Virus record (IMG/VR): IMGVR_UViG_3300021356_000031
Location: 1-50,429 of that record
DNA length: 50,429 nt
Strand: one strand, 5' to 3'
Source: a virus
Taxonomy: Duplodnaviria; Caudoviricetes
A model generated the notes under the pieces. It did no database searches, was not told where the DNA came from, and saw nothing but the letters and a program-made list of their open reading frames with translations. Positions 27,522 to 35,386 of this stretch are shown piece by piece (positions within the stretch are counted from its first letter, which is position 1; each line of letters opens with the position of its first letter). The translations under genes were made by a program, and so were the position numbers.

Positions 27522-29185
27522 AATGGTACCCCATCCTGTTCATCATAAAATTCATCTGGCTCATCAGCTAATATTTCTGATAGTCTACCAGTTTCATTAT
27601 CATAAAGCAAGTGTGTAGCCATACCAACATCGCCAGTGTATCTAGATTTTAGAACTCTTACATGTGTTGTACTCGCCTCCACTGGATCGTCGCTCTGCTG
27701 GTTACGCTCAAGTGCAATAACACAATCACTAAGCTGGGCTATAGATTGGCTCCCTCGCAGGTGAGATAGCCCCACAGTGATGCCTTGCTCATGCCCTTTG
27801 TTACCTTCTACTCGACGTAGATGAGATACAAGAATCATACCCGCACCAGTTTCTTCTACTAAAGATCTGAGTCGTGTCATGATGCTGTCGATAGCCCTAC
27901 GTTCATCGCCTTCAGCCATAGAAGATACAAGCATGTGCAAGTGGTCTACAATGACCCACTTACAATCACAGCCAATAGTCAGGTAGCGCAGTTTAGAAAA
28001 TATTTCTTCTATGTCGTGCTGACCAAGGTGCGAGTAGATCCACAGCCGATCTTTAGCATCGCCCTTAAAAAGATCTTCATAGTGCTTTCGCCACTGCTCC
28101 TCTGGGAACTCTTCTCTAACTTGATTAATATAAAGCTTCGCATTTGCTTCAATAGAAACTATACCATCCACAGTCCTGTTCTTGTTTTCCTCAAGAGCTA
28201 AGATGCCGACACGATCTTTAGTATTCTTAATAATAAAGTGTTCGATCTCTCTGGTGATAGAGGTCTTTCCAAGGCCGGTTCCTCCAGTGATAGTCACTAG
28301 CTCGCCCCGCCGCATACCATAAAGCTTTTCGTTTAGTCCACTCCAAGGATATGGTATAGATTCTAAACGCTCTCTATTAAAGTAACTATCGTCCATCTCA
28401 GAAACATTCACGATGCCAGAGGGAGTATATAGTTTAGCGGCCCACCAAGCAGTGACATAAGCCTGCTTACTGTTTTGCCTGAGCATGTCATTAGGATCTT
28501 TAAACTCTACAGGCATGTGTAATATTTTACTTTTGCCCGGACGTAGAATTCTTGCTACTTTCTTTGCAGCTTCCTTGCCTGCCTTGTCATTATCAAAGTT
28601 AATCACAACACAATCAAATGATTCCAGAAACTCTAGATTTTCTTTGACATCTTTGACCGCACCGCCAGCACCATTCTTAACAGAAACTACAGGCCATTTA
28701 GATCCTAACAACTCGTAAGCTGCCATCGCATCGCACTCGCCTTCGACCAAAGTAATAAACTTGCCACCAGCTTGAAAGGCTTGCTGTCCAAATAAGCCAG
28801 TGCCTTTTGGCGAGCCTTCCCACATAAAAGATTTATCTTTCACATCTCGAACTTTAGCACCGCCCATTTCATTACCATTATAGTATGGATAAAAATGATT
28901 AGTAATTTTATTAGAAGAGTCTAGTACAGATTTGACACCATATTTTTTAACTGTATCCAGAGAGATTGATCTGTCTGATAATTGATTGAAGTCTCCATCA
29001 CTGTAGTTCATTGAGTTACGTTTATAAGTTTTAAAGTCACTAACTTGATCTGGCAAGCCACCGTCCTCATAGTTTCTAAGATAAGTATTACAACTAAAGC
29101 AATAGCCGTGGCCGTCTCCATCAACAGACACGGGATCACTACCACCACATTTAGTGCAGGGCAAATGAAATTTTACAAAAGCCAT
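27518..29185 (-). CDS. Primase-helicase (T7 gp4-like)
   Basis: Zn finger CTKC...CFSC, TOPRIM EGECD/DND, Walker A GGTGLGKT, VDHLH, LRGSQSIAQLSD. Confidence 0.97.
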   Translation of the reverse strand: MAFVKFHLPCTKCGGSDPVSVDGDGHGYCFSCNTYLRNYEDGGLPDQVSDFKTYKRNSMNYSDGDFNQLSDRSISLDTVKKYGVKSVLDSSNKITNHFYPYYNGNEMGGAKVRDVKDKSFMWEGSPKGTGLFGQQAFQAGGKFITLVEGECDAMAAYELLGSKWPVVSVKNGAGGAVKDVKENLEFLESFDCVVINFDNDKAGKEAAKKVARILRPGKSKILHMPVEFKDPNDMLRQNSKQAYVTAWWAAKLYTPSGIVNVSEMDDSYFNRERLESIPYPWSGLNEKLYGMRRGELVTITGGTGLGKTSITREIEHFIIKNTKDRVGILALEENKNRTVDGIVSIEANAKLYINQVREEFPEEQWRKHYEDLFKGDAKDRLWIYSHLGQHDIEEIFSKLRYLTIGCDCKWVIVDHLHMLVSSMAEGDERRAIDSIMTRLRSLVEETGAGMILVSHLRRVEGNKGHEQGITVGLSHLRGSQSIAQLSDCVIALERNQQSDDPVEASTTHVRVLKSRYTGDVGMATHLLYDNETGRLSEILADEPDEFYDEQDGVPF

Positions 29186-29195
29186 TATGTCTCCA

Positions 29196-29219
29196 TAAAA
29201 GAAAGGGGCCGAAGCCCCT
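29196..29219 (-). terminator. Intrinsic terminator with cUUCGg loop
   Basis: Minus strand AGGGGC-TTCG-GCCCCT-TTCTTTT. Confidence 0.8.
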
Positions 29220-29224
29220 ATCAG

Positions 29225-29455
29225 TTAGTCCATACCTTCTAGGTTTTCTTGTTCAGGAGCAGTGAGTATTTCCTCTAATTCTTTAGAGAATGTTATCTCT
29301 GCTGCCTGCAATATAGAAAGCCTTTTCTTTAATACTGCACCTTCCTCACGGATTTCTCGAACAAATCCTACTATCAGCTGTCCCCTCTCAGGTAGCTCAG
29401 CAACATCATATTCTTTGTCCTCGAACGATACAGTATTTTTTAGTTCTTCACTCAA
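29225..29455 (-). CDS. Hypothetical acidic protein
   Basis: 76 aa, follows the SSB gene with a 4-bp overlap. Confidence 0.7.
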   Translation of the reverse strand: MSEELKNTVSFEDKEYDVAELPERGQLIVGFVREIREEGAVLKKRLSILQAAEITFSKELEEILTAPEQENLEGMD

Positions 29456-29877
29456 AGCTCTGCTTCCTCCTCATCTTCAATTTCAAATTCATCCGCATTA
29501 GGATCATTGTACTCTACAAGTTTTAGGACTTGCATCTTCATGAAATCGAGACCTTTGTAAGTTCGACCATTCCACTGAGACTCCCACTCCTTGTATTGTA
29601 CTTTGACATGCGAGCCATTGCCAACAGTCACATCAATTTCTTGTTTGCGCTTGTCGATCAATCCCGGCGCTTTGCGAATCATACCATTAGGCCCATTAAC
29701 TTTGCGCTTAAATACAATCGCAGGCCCCTCATCCATTTGCTTGACGGGAAAACCACGATCTTCAAAGCTCTGAGCGGTGGCTTCATCCACTACTAGATTG
29801 ACCGAATAGCACGGATCATATTTAGTATTGGGTGAAGTTACAAAAGCCCAATAAGCTGTTCCTTCAAGTACTGCCAT
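29452..29877 (-). CDS. Single-stranded DNA-binding protein (T7 gp2.5-like)
   Basis: Start at MAVLEGTAYWA with GAGG SD; VGNGSHVKV, MQVLKLVEY and an acidic C-terminal tail. Confidence 0.8.
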   Translation of the reverse strand: MAVLEGTAYWAFVTSPNTKYDPCYSVNLVVDEATAQSFEDRGFPVKQMDEGPAIVFKRKVNGPNGMIRKAPGLIDKRKQEIDVTVGNGSHVKVQYKEWESQWNGRTYKGLDFMKMQVLKLVEYNDPNADEFEIEDEEEAEL

Positions 29878-29911
29878 TTTTTTATACCTCGCGTTTGGTT
29901 TTGGTTTGCGT

Positions 29912-29940
29912 ATTATACGGACTAAAGACAACCATGTCAA
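29912..29940 (-). promoter_or_regulatory. sigma70 consensus promoter for SSB/replication genes
   Basis: Minus strand TTGACA-tggttgtctttagtccg (17 bp)-TATAAT. Confidence 0.9.
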
Positions 29941-30230
29941 GCATAATTTTCTTCCCACCGTAATTTTCTTTTTTTGCGCCCTTCTTCTTGGGCGATCCTA
30001 CTGGCATCACATCTTGCTGCATACCAATAAAGTTTATTAAGTTCCTCCTTTAACTGTCTGATTGATAAGGTTATTTTACCCTTGCCGAACATCGGTACTA
30101 CTGTGGCTTTTTTATTCCCGACTTTAATTTTACAGTTTCGCCAGCCATCTAAATAGTACCAAGTTACAAACTCATCGCTGCGCTTTGGGTTCAATAAAAA
30201 ACTTTTTAGTTTTAAAATATCTTTTGTCAC
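29937..30230 (-). CDS. Hypothetical protein
   Basis: 97 aa, basic, operonic. Confidence 0.6.
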   Translation of the reverse strand: MTKDILKLKSFLLNPKRSDEFVTWYYLDGWRNCKIKVGNKKATVVPMFGKGKITLSIRQLKEELNKLYWYAARCDASRIAQEEGRKKRKLRWEENYA

Positions 30231-30448
30231 TCGCAGTTCCTGTCAATAAACTCAACAAAGAGCATAGACAAATCGTTATCTTGTATTCTCCAACTACCTA
30301 CTTCAGAGCAACGATCCTCTACAAAATTAATAAACTTAAACTTGACACGTTCTGATGGAGGACTGACACCTATTCTTAAAGCAAACAGTTGGCACCACCA
30401 ATCATCTACATCACTACAAAATTCTTCCCGTGTATCAGTAGCACTCAT
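30227..30448 (-). CDS. Hypothetical protein
   Basis: 73 aa, operonic. Confidence 0.6.
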   Translation of the reverse strand: MSATDTREEFCSDVDDWWCQLFALRIGVSPPSERVKFKFINFVEDRCSEVGSWRIQDNDLSMLFVEFIDRNCE

Positions 30449-30644
30449 TTGCTTCCTCCCATTGAGTTTTTAAATAAAGTCTAGTAAAAGATTCAGGGAA
30501 AACCTCACCATGTTTTAACATTAAACGCAGAACATCGGCCTGCATCTCATCGTTAATATCTTCAAGACCACAATAGATTGTGGAATAGTAAAGTATGTGG
30601 TTACACATGTCAATTAAGTTCTGCATTGTTTTACTCCTCTCCAA
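30435..30644 (-). CDS. Hypothetical protein
   Basis: Up to 69 aa, likely start MQNLIDM; operonic. Confidence 0.55.
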   Translation of the reverse strand: MERSKTMQNLIDMCNHILYYSTIYCGLEDINDEMQADVLRLMLKHGEVFPESFTRLYLKTQWEEANECY

Positions 30645-31081
30645 CGCATATCAATAACTTTTGGTTTGTAATTAAAATAATACTCAGTGTACCCAGCCAG
30701 TGAAGTCTCTCGCTTACACTCATCAGGCATACACTGTGGTGGATCAGTCCATTCAATATCTGGCACAGCTTCAGGAGGATTCTTGAGAGCTTCGGCGCAC
30801 TTAGTAATGGTCATATGTACCTTACCATAACGGCTAGTGTATTCCTCACCCAAGGCTATCATGTGATCCCAGAGCCACTGATAATGTTTCTTGTTAGTGC
30901 GAGTCCAAACAGTGCTGGGATGATTTTTATGGGCCAGCTTGTAAGGTACATTACCGTCACCCTCAACATGGTGTGCAGCACAGAGCATTTGTGCAGATTC
31001 TAAAATCATTTTAACTACATGCTTATCGCACTGCATTTGTGCGGCCTTGACAGGGCAGGTATCAATATAAAATATATTCAT
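30614..31081 (-). CDS. Pyrimidine-dimer DNA glycosylase-like protein (DenV-related family)
   Basis: MNIFY...DKHVVKMILESAQML...HKNHPSTVW...EYTSRYGKVH...PPQCMPD. Confidence 0.8.
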   Translation of the reverse strand: MNIFYIDTCPVKAAQMQCDKHVVKMILESAQMLCAAHHVEGDGNVPYKLAHKNHPSTVWTRTNKKHYQWLWDHMIALGEEYTSRYGKVHMTITKCAEALKNPPEAVPDIEWTDPPQCMPDECKRETSLAGYTEYYFNYKPKVIDMRWRGVKQCRT

Positions 31082-31362
31082 GCAGTTTCCTTATTCCAAA
31101 GAAGATCATTGTGCAAGCGCATCAAAGTAGTTCTAGCATCTCTAAGTCTGTCATATTGAGGACTTACATGGCGATTAGGTTCAGCTAGTTTCATGTCATA
31201 ATCTAATACATTCACACGCTCCAGTAGTGTGTCTCTAATTTCAGAAGATATCAACTCTCGCAAGTTATTTTTGAAGTTATCAACATTGCTGTTGAGTATC
31301 AAAGCCTCCCGACTCTTAGAGTAAATTACAAAATGATCTACAAACAAATCTATTTTATCCAA
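31078..31362 (-). CDS. Hypothetical protein
   Basis: 94 aa, operonic. Confidence 0.6.
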   Translation of the reverse strand: MDKIDLFVDHFVIYSKSREALILNSNVDNFKNNLRELISSEIRDTLLERVNVLDYDMKLAEPNRHVSPQYDRLRDARTTLMRLHNDLLWNKETA

Positions 31363-31588
31363 CGGTTACAACCTCCAACTCAGTTTCAATCCAAACCTTA
31401 GCGCCACACGGTAGCGGGTTGTCAGGACAGTAGTAAACACTTACCAATGGCTTACCTTCAGAGTCTACAACAGCGGCATGATTAGCCTTTCTATTTTGTT
31501 TGTAGTCCTTGACAGTAATCACTGGCAACTCAGCGCCTTTAGCATTAGCCTTAATGTTATGTTGATTGACATGGATTCTAGTTTTCAT
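31355..31588 (-). CDS. Conserved-looking phage hypothetical protein
   Basis: MKTRIHVNQHNIKAN...PVITVK...PLPCGAKVWIET. Confidence 0.7.
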   Translation of the reverse strand: MKTRIHVNQHNIKANAKGAELPVITVKDYKQNRKANHAAVVDSEGKPLVSVYYCPDNPLPCGAKVWIETELEVVTVG

Positions 31589-31742
31589 CTTCATCTTCCT
31601 CAAAAATAGTAACACTTATGGCCCAAGAAAAACTTTCAGGCTTGTATCCTCTATCAATTAACTCAGCCTGTATACACTCGCTGATGTAATCACTGTCCCG
31701 ATTGTCGTGGAACTCATTAATTAAAATATCTTTAGTGGACAT
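31578..31742 (-). CDS. Acidic hypothetical protein (54 aa, not in ORF track)
   Basis: MSTKDILINEFHDNRDSDYISECIQAELIDRGYKPESFSWAISVTIFEEDEDEN; GAGG SD. Confidence 0.6.
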   Translation of the reverse strand: MSTKDILINEFHDNRDSDYISECIQAELIDRGYKPESFSWAISVTIFEEDEDEN

Positions 31743-32028
31743 TATCTACCTCTTTATAAAAAGACTTGAAAATTTGTTGGATGAATAACATCTCATCAAG
31801 TTTAAGATCACACCAAGAGCAGTCAATTAATTCTAATCGCAAGCCATCCTCATCAAAAGCCTCACTTCCGCTAGAGAATAAAGCACAGCCCACATCACCA
31901 TCAAAATATAAAACAAATAATGAGTTTCCAACGACACTTGTGTGCACACTAGGTTCACCCACATCACACAAAAAACCATTAAAACTTTGAGGATCAAAGC
32001 CAAATAAATTTCCTATCCTTTCATCCAT
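31732..32028 (-). CDS. Acidic hypothetical protein
   Basis: 98 aa, early-region gene. Confidence 0.6.
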   Translation of the reverse strand: MDERIGNLFGFDPQSFNGFLCDVGEPSVHTSVVGNSLFVLYFDGDVGCALFSSGSEAFDEDGLRLELIDCSWCDLKLDEMLFIQQIFKSFYKEVDNVH

Positions 32029-32060
32029 AACAATCTTCCATTACCGGGGGTTATATTAAG

Positions 32061-32090
32061 TGAGCAGTTTAACACCATGCTCAGGGTGTC
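32061..32090 (-). promoter_or_regulatory. Compact H-type RNA pseudoknot
   Basis: Minus strand GACACC-c-TGAGCA-t-GGTGTT-aaac-TGCTCA forms two 6-bp stems. Confidence 0.65.
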
Positions 32091-32095
32091 AGGAG

Positions 32096-33052
32096 TTAGG
32101 CCGCCATTGGAAATCTTGCAATTACTTGCTGTACTTTTTCAGATTTCTTAACTTGAGCAACTGGGATATCTCTTGTATTTTTACGAGTACCTACATGATG
32201 GCTTGACCAATCAGTCAAAGCATTGTAGACAGCCCAGTAATTTTCACCCATTGTTCGCTTGTACCGCATATTGTACTGTGACCAAGAATAAACCAAAGAA
32301 GAATTATTATATGCTGTCGGCATGGTCATAATTGAACGGACATCCTCACCTTCTTTTAATTTACCAAGTGCGAACTTAGAGCCTGTCGCCTCTGCAATAT
32401 AACTAAAAGCTTCCTTGCGACCAACCGGCGTGTTAGACCACTCAGCCCAGATCTCATTCTGAGTATCAAGAATATTCATTATCTTATTCATTTGATGGGC
32501 ACCCTGATCCACACTAAGCTTATTGGTATGTCGAGCCTTGTAAATTCCAGCGGTCTGCCCAAGAAATACTTGATGATTTGTGCAAGCGTTTTGCAAGGCT
32601 CCAACAGTCGCTTGGTAAGGCCATACAGAATTGAATGAATTAATATGCAGCATTTCAAGGATAGCCGTGTCACCATCAGGAGTTGTGATCTCATGATTGG
32701 GTAGCTGATGCCGTACAAAACAAACCGCACCGTCATCGCCCACTTGGATAGTTTCTTTAATATCCCGAAGATTTAAATTACTACGTTCCAATACATTACG
32801 AGCAGTATCAATCATTTTAGTATGTGACACTGGCTTGTAACGATCACCGTGGATCGCCAAGGCATCGCCAGTATCTTCGCGGTAATAAACATTCTTACCT
32901 TCAAGTTTAAGTATACCACCAAATTTATCTGTGCCACTTGCCTTATATAATACTGGCGTAGAGACAACTTCAAAGTCTGCATCGCCATAGCCAGCGTCCC
33001 GAAGATTGTCAACTGCTGAATTGTTACCGAACAAAGAAGTAATTGTGTTCAT
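32096..33052 (-). CDS. DUF932/DUF945-like protein
   Basis: YREDTGDALAIHGDRYKPVSH, INSFN, ACTN, ARHT, NYWAVYNALTDWSSH. Confidence 0.8.
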   Translation of the reverse strand: MNTITSLFGNNSAVDNLRDAGYGDADFEVVSTPVLYKASGTDKFGGILKLEGKNVYYREDTGDALAIHGDRYKPVSHTKMIDTARNVLERSNLNLRDIKETIQVGDDGAVCFVRHQLPNHEITTPDGDTAILEMLHINSFNSVWPYQATVGALQNACTNHQVFLGQTAGIYKARHTNKLSVDQGAHQMNKIMNILDTQNEIWAEWSNTPVGRKEAFSYIAEATGSKFALGKLKEGEDVRSIMTMPTAYNNSSLVYSWSQYNMRYKRTMGENYWAVYNALTDWSSHHVGTRKNTRDIPVAQVKKSEKVQQVIARFPMAA

Positions 33053-33159
33053 ACGAACTCCTGATTATAAAATAATGAGTTACCAGCTGCTCATTGTCAC
33101 TCTTTAAAGGCTCCACAAGGGAGGTGACGGGTCAGGCTTCACGGTGCCTCCAACCGTAC

Positions 33160-33209
33160 CCCTAGAAAAACTAGGAAGGTCGTAAGACCTCCTTCCTAGT
33201 TTTCTAGGG
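33160..33209. repeat. Bulged long hairpin H1 with GTC-GTAA-GAC apex
   Basis: CCCTAGAAAAACTAGGA-AGGTC-GTAA-GACCT-[CCT]-TCCTAGTTTTCTAGGG. Confidence 0.9.
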
Positions 33210-33237
33210 AGAATCTTAAAGTATTTTAACTGCGCTG

Positions 33238-34044
33238 TCAAGCGACCAACTGTAAATTATTTGGGTCTGCAAAAAAGTTAAAACTACCCTGATTTTTGAG
33301 GCGCTCTAATTTTGTAGATCCCTTGCGTGTTAATTTACCGATGGCACCGTCCTGATCTAAGAATCGCAAGTCAGTCTCATCAAAGTCTGCTAACTTTACA
33401 GTCTTACCAAACAACTGTATAGTGTCAGGTATCTTGAACTCGCCCTTGCATTCTTTAGTGTTAAAAGATATTGCAATATTGAGTCCAAGCTCTGTCGCAG
33501 TTTTAAGTTGCTGTATAGTCTTGACACTATTAAGTGATGCCGAAAATGTTAGATGATAGTTGGACAAAGTATTTCGAGCAACACGGTGTAGGACTTTCGA
33601 GTAATCGTAAAACTGTATATTAGGCAAAGATTGGACAAGATCAGACCAATCAATATCACTAGTACCATTGAGCCGAATACAATAGTTGTCGGTTTCACGG
33701 CGTAATATCTCAGCCCTCAGTCGGTCTTTAAATCCATCAGGATCTTTAAGATACTGAACAGTTTTACGAGTCATAGCTTTCTGGGCACGGGACATACCTA
33801 GTCTACCTGAAGTCCGAAGGCAAGGAACTTTACACCCAGCAACATCGGCATAGGAACATAAAGTTTTCTTAGCCACAAGATCTGCGGGTTGCAAATACAA
33901 TATACCTGTGGTATAATCCTTTTTAAGACCTTTTAAGATCTTAGTAGAGCTATTAAACCCTAACAAAGGTAGATTATAATTATATATATAATCTTCAATA
34001 GGTTTAATAGACTTCAAAGCTATTAAGTTAATACTTTTCACCAA
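33238..34044 (-). CDS. Gp88-like protein
   Basis: ILYLQPA..LC......C...CL..SGR, IRLNGTSDIDW, IQFYDYSK, NYHLTFS, DETDLRFLD. Confidence 0.75.
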   Translation of the reverse strand: MVKSINLIALKSIKPIEDYIYNYNLPLLGFNSSTKILKGLKKDYTTGILYLQPADLVAKKTLCSYADVAGCKVPCLRTSGRLGMSRAQKAMTRKTVQYLKDPDGFKDRLRAEILRRETDNYCIRLNGTSDIDWSDLVQSLPNIQFYDYSKVLHRVARNTLSNYHLTFSASLNSVKTIQQLKTATELGLNIAISFNTKECKGEFKIPDTIQLFGKTVKLADFDETDLRFLDQDGAIGKLTRKGSTKLERLKNQGSFNFFADPNNLQLVA

Positions 34045-34211
34045 TTAGCCCTCGTATTTTTTCGACGCACATCAGCACGATAGTTTTTACGATCACCAAA
34101 ATCATTAAATTTTAATTCAGATATAGTGCAAGGTATGCAGTGTATTTTATCTGATAACTTGCAAGCTACTTCTAATTTAACGACCACACCGCAATTAAAA
34201 CATTTATTCAC
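34038..34211 (-). CDS. Small zinc-finger protein (57 aa, not in ORF track)
   Basis: GTG start with GGAGG SD; NKCFNCG...HCIPC (two CxxC pairs). Confidence 0.6.
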   Translation of the reverse strand: MNKCFNCGVVVKLEVACKLSDKIHCIPCTISELKFNDFGDRKNYRADVRRKNTRANW

Positions 34212-34398
34212 CAAAGGCTTCCTCCCATTCCTGAGTTGTAATGCCTGACACTATAAATTCACGCTGGGCATCAGTCAAGTTTGGCATCGCATCTTGAATT
34301 AACATGCCACCCTGCCAGTTACTTAACTGTTCAGCAGTGATCGGCATATCAACAATGTGGCGAACACCAGTTAACATAGATTTTTTTTCGATCAGCAC
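34204..34398 (-). CDS. Conserved-looking phage hypothetical protein
   Basis: KSMLTG...IQDAMPNLTDAQREFIVSGITTQEW; AGGAG SD. Confidence 0.75.
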   Translation of the reverse strand: MLIEKKSMLTGVRHIVDMPITAEQLSNWQGGMLIQDAMPNLTDAQREFIVSGITTQEWEEAFGE

Positions 34399-34411
34399 AC
34401 TTTTCTCCTGT

Positions 34412-34464
34412 TCCCTTTTTAATCTTTAGAGGTCGTAAGACCTCCTCTAAAGATTAAAAAGGGA
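34412..34464. repeat. Bulged long hairpin H2 with GTC-GTAA-GAC apex
   Basis: TCCCTTTTTAATCTTTA-GAGGTC-GTAA-GACCTC-[CTC]-TAAAGATTAAAAAGGGA. Confidence 0.92.
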
Positions 34465-34478
34465 GCCGAAGCTCCCTT
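34456..34478 (-). terminator. Intrinsic terminator with cUUCGg loop, overlapping H2
   Basis: Minus strand GGGAGC-TTCG-GCTCCC-TTTTT. Confidence 0.85.
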
Positions 34479-34501
34479 GTAGGTTTAATTAAGACTTAAA
34501 G

Positions 34502-34747
34502 TTATTCTTCCTTAGCTTCAATCCGATTAACTACAAGCAATAACGCTTGGGCTAAATCAAACTCGCTGGTCTGGCAAGAATTATTCCTAAAAGTTTTATT
34601 CTTTAATAAATCTTTAACTCCCTCCAAGCCATCGGGTCGATCTTCAAGTAATCTTAACTGGGTATGGATTTCTCGAAACGCCTCGTCGAATATTACTAAT
34701 TCTCTTTCGACATGAGTTAGATCTAAAACTGTTTGAAATACTGACAT
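34502..34747 (-). CDS. Early hypothetical protein
   Basis: 81 aa, TAAGGA SD. Confidence 0.65.
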   Translation of the reverse strand: MSVFQTVLDLTHVERELVIFDEAFREIHTQLRLLEDRPDGLEGVKDLLKNKTFRNNSCQTSEFDLAQALLLVVNRIEAKEE

Positions 34748-34756
34748 AATATATCC

Positions 34757-34846
34757 TTAAACGTGAGTAGCGAGTTTAATTAAAATTGGAGACAGCAGAG
34801 CCGCCCAAGTAAAAAAAACAATAAAACTTAAAAAAATAAGATTCAT
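34757..34846 (-). CDS. 29-aa single-transmembrane peptide (not in ORF track)
   Basis: MNLIFLSFIVFFTWAALLSPILIKLATHV; AGGAG SD 5 nt upstream; its stop overlaps the SD of the next gene. Confidence 0.6.
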   Translation of the reverse strand: MNLIFLSFIVFFTWAALLSPILIKLATHV

Positions 34847-34857
34847 TAAAACTCCTG

Positions 34858-34877
34858 AAAAGGCCCCCGAAGGGGCC
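34858..34877 (-). terminator. Putative weak intrinsic terminator with cUUCGg loop
   Basis: Minus strand GGCCCC-TTCG-GGGGCC-TTTT. Confidence 0.7.
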
Positions 34878-34885
34878 AAGTTAAA

Positions 34886-35260
34886 TTAGATCATTCCAAG
34901 GTCAGCAGCGGTAGCGATTCGAGGGGCCGAAGAAGTTTTAAAGTTCTTGGACTGCTTTGGATTGGCAGTAATTTTAACTTCTTTGTTAGACTTTAAGTCT
35001 TCAGTCTTCAGAACTTTAACATACTTGGCAGCAGCCGAAGTCTTACCGTTGATTTTCTTGACGGAGAATAATTTATTTATGTCCCCAGCCAAAGGCTGAC
35101 CATCGTGAACGGCCTTGATCGTCGCACCAAAGCGAGCCGTGAGTTTAGCAAACTCAAATCGCTTGATGTCATTTTCACCAATATATTTGTAAGCCAAAGT
35201 CTTGGCACAAGCATATACAGCTTTATCAGTAGCAGGTTTAGTCAAATCGTATTTAGCCAT
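34886..35260 (-). CDS. First early gene, Lys/Ala-rich hypothetical protein
   Basis: 124 aa, followed by a terminator. Confidence 0.7.
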   Translation of the reverse strand: MAKYDLTKPATDKAVYACAKTLAYKYIGENDIKRFEFAKLTARFGATIKAVHDGQPLAGDINKLFSVKKINGKTSAAAKYVKVLKTEDLKSNKEVKITANPKQSKNFKTSSAPRIATAADLGMI

Positions 35261-35312
35261 AATCGTTTTCCCGATTGTGTAATTTTTCGTCGAGCCGCTG
35301 TCGGCCCTTCCT

Positions 35313-35383
35313 AGTTTTGACTATCTATAAAATTTAAAGAAGTCGTAAGACTTCTTCTTTAAATTTTATAGATAGTCAAAACT
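35313..35383. repeat. Bulged long hairpin H3 with GTC-GTAA-GAC apex
   Basis: AGTTTTGACTATCTATAAAATTTAAA-GAAGTC-GTAA-GACTTC-[TTC]-TTTAAATTTTATAGATAGTCAAAACT (32 bp paired). Confidence 0.95.
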
Positions 35384-35386
35384 TCT

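Noticed and set aside
29878-29958. N-terminal extension of the SSB ORF
   Set aside because: It overlaps the promoter; the SD-supported start is 29877.
33060-33160. tRNA or known riboswitch in the DUF932-like leader
   Set aside because: Several short stems are possible, but no cloverleaf, T-loop or aptamer consensus was recognised.
35315-35331. TTGACT and TATAAA hexamers in the H3 arm as a promoter
   Set aside because: The spacer is only 3 bp, incompatible with a sigma70 promoter in duplex form.
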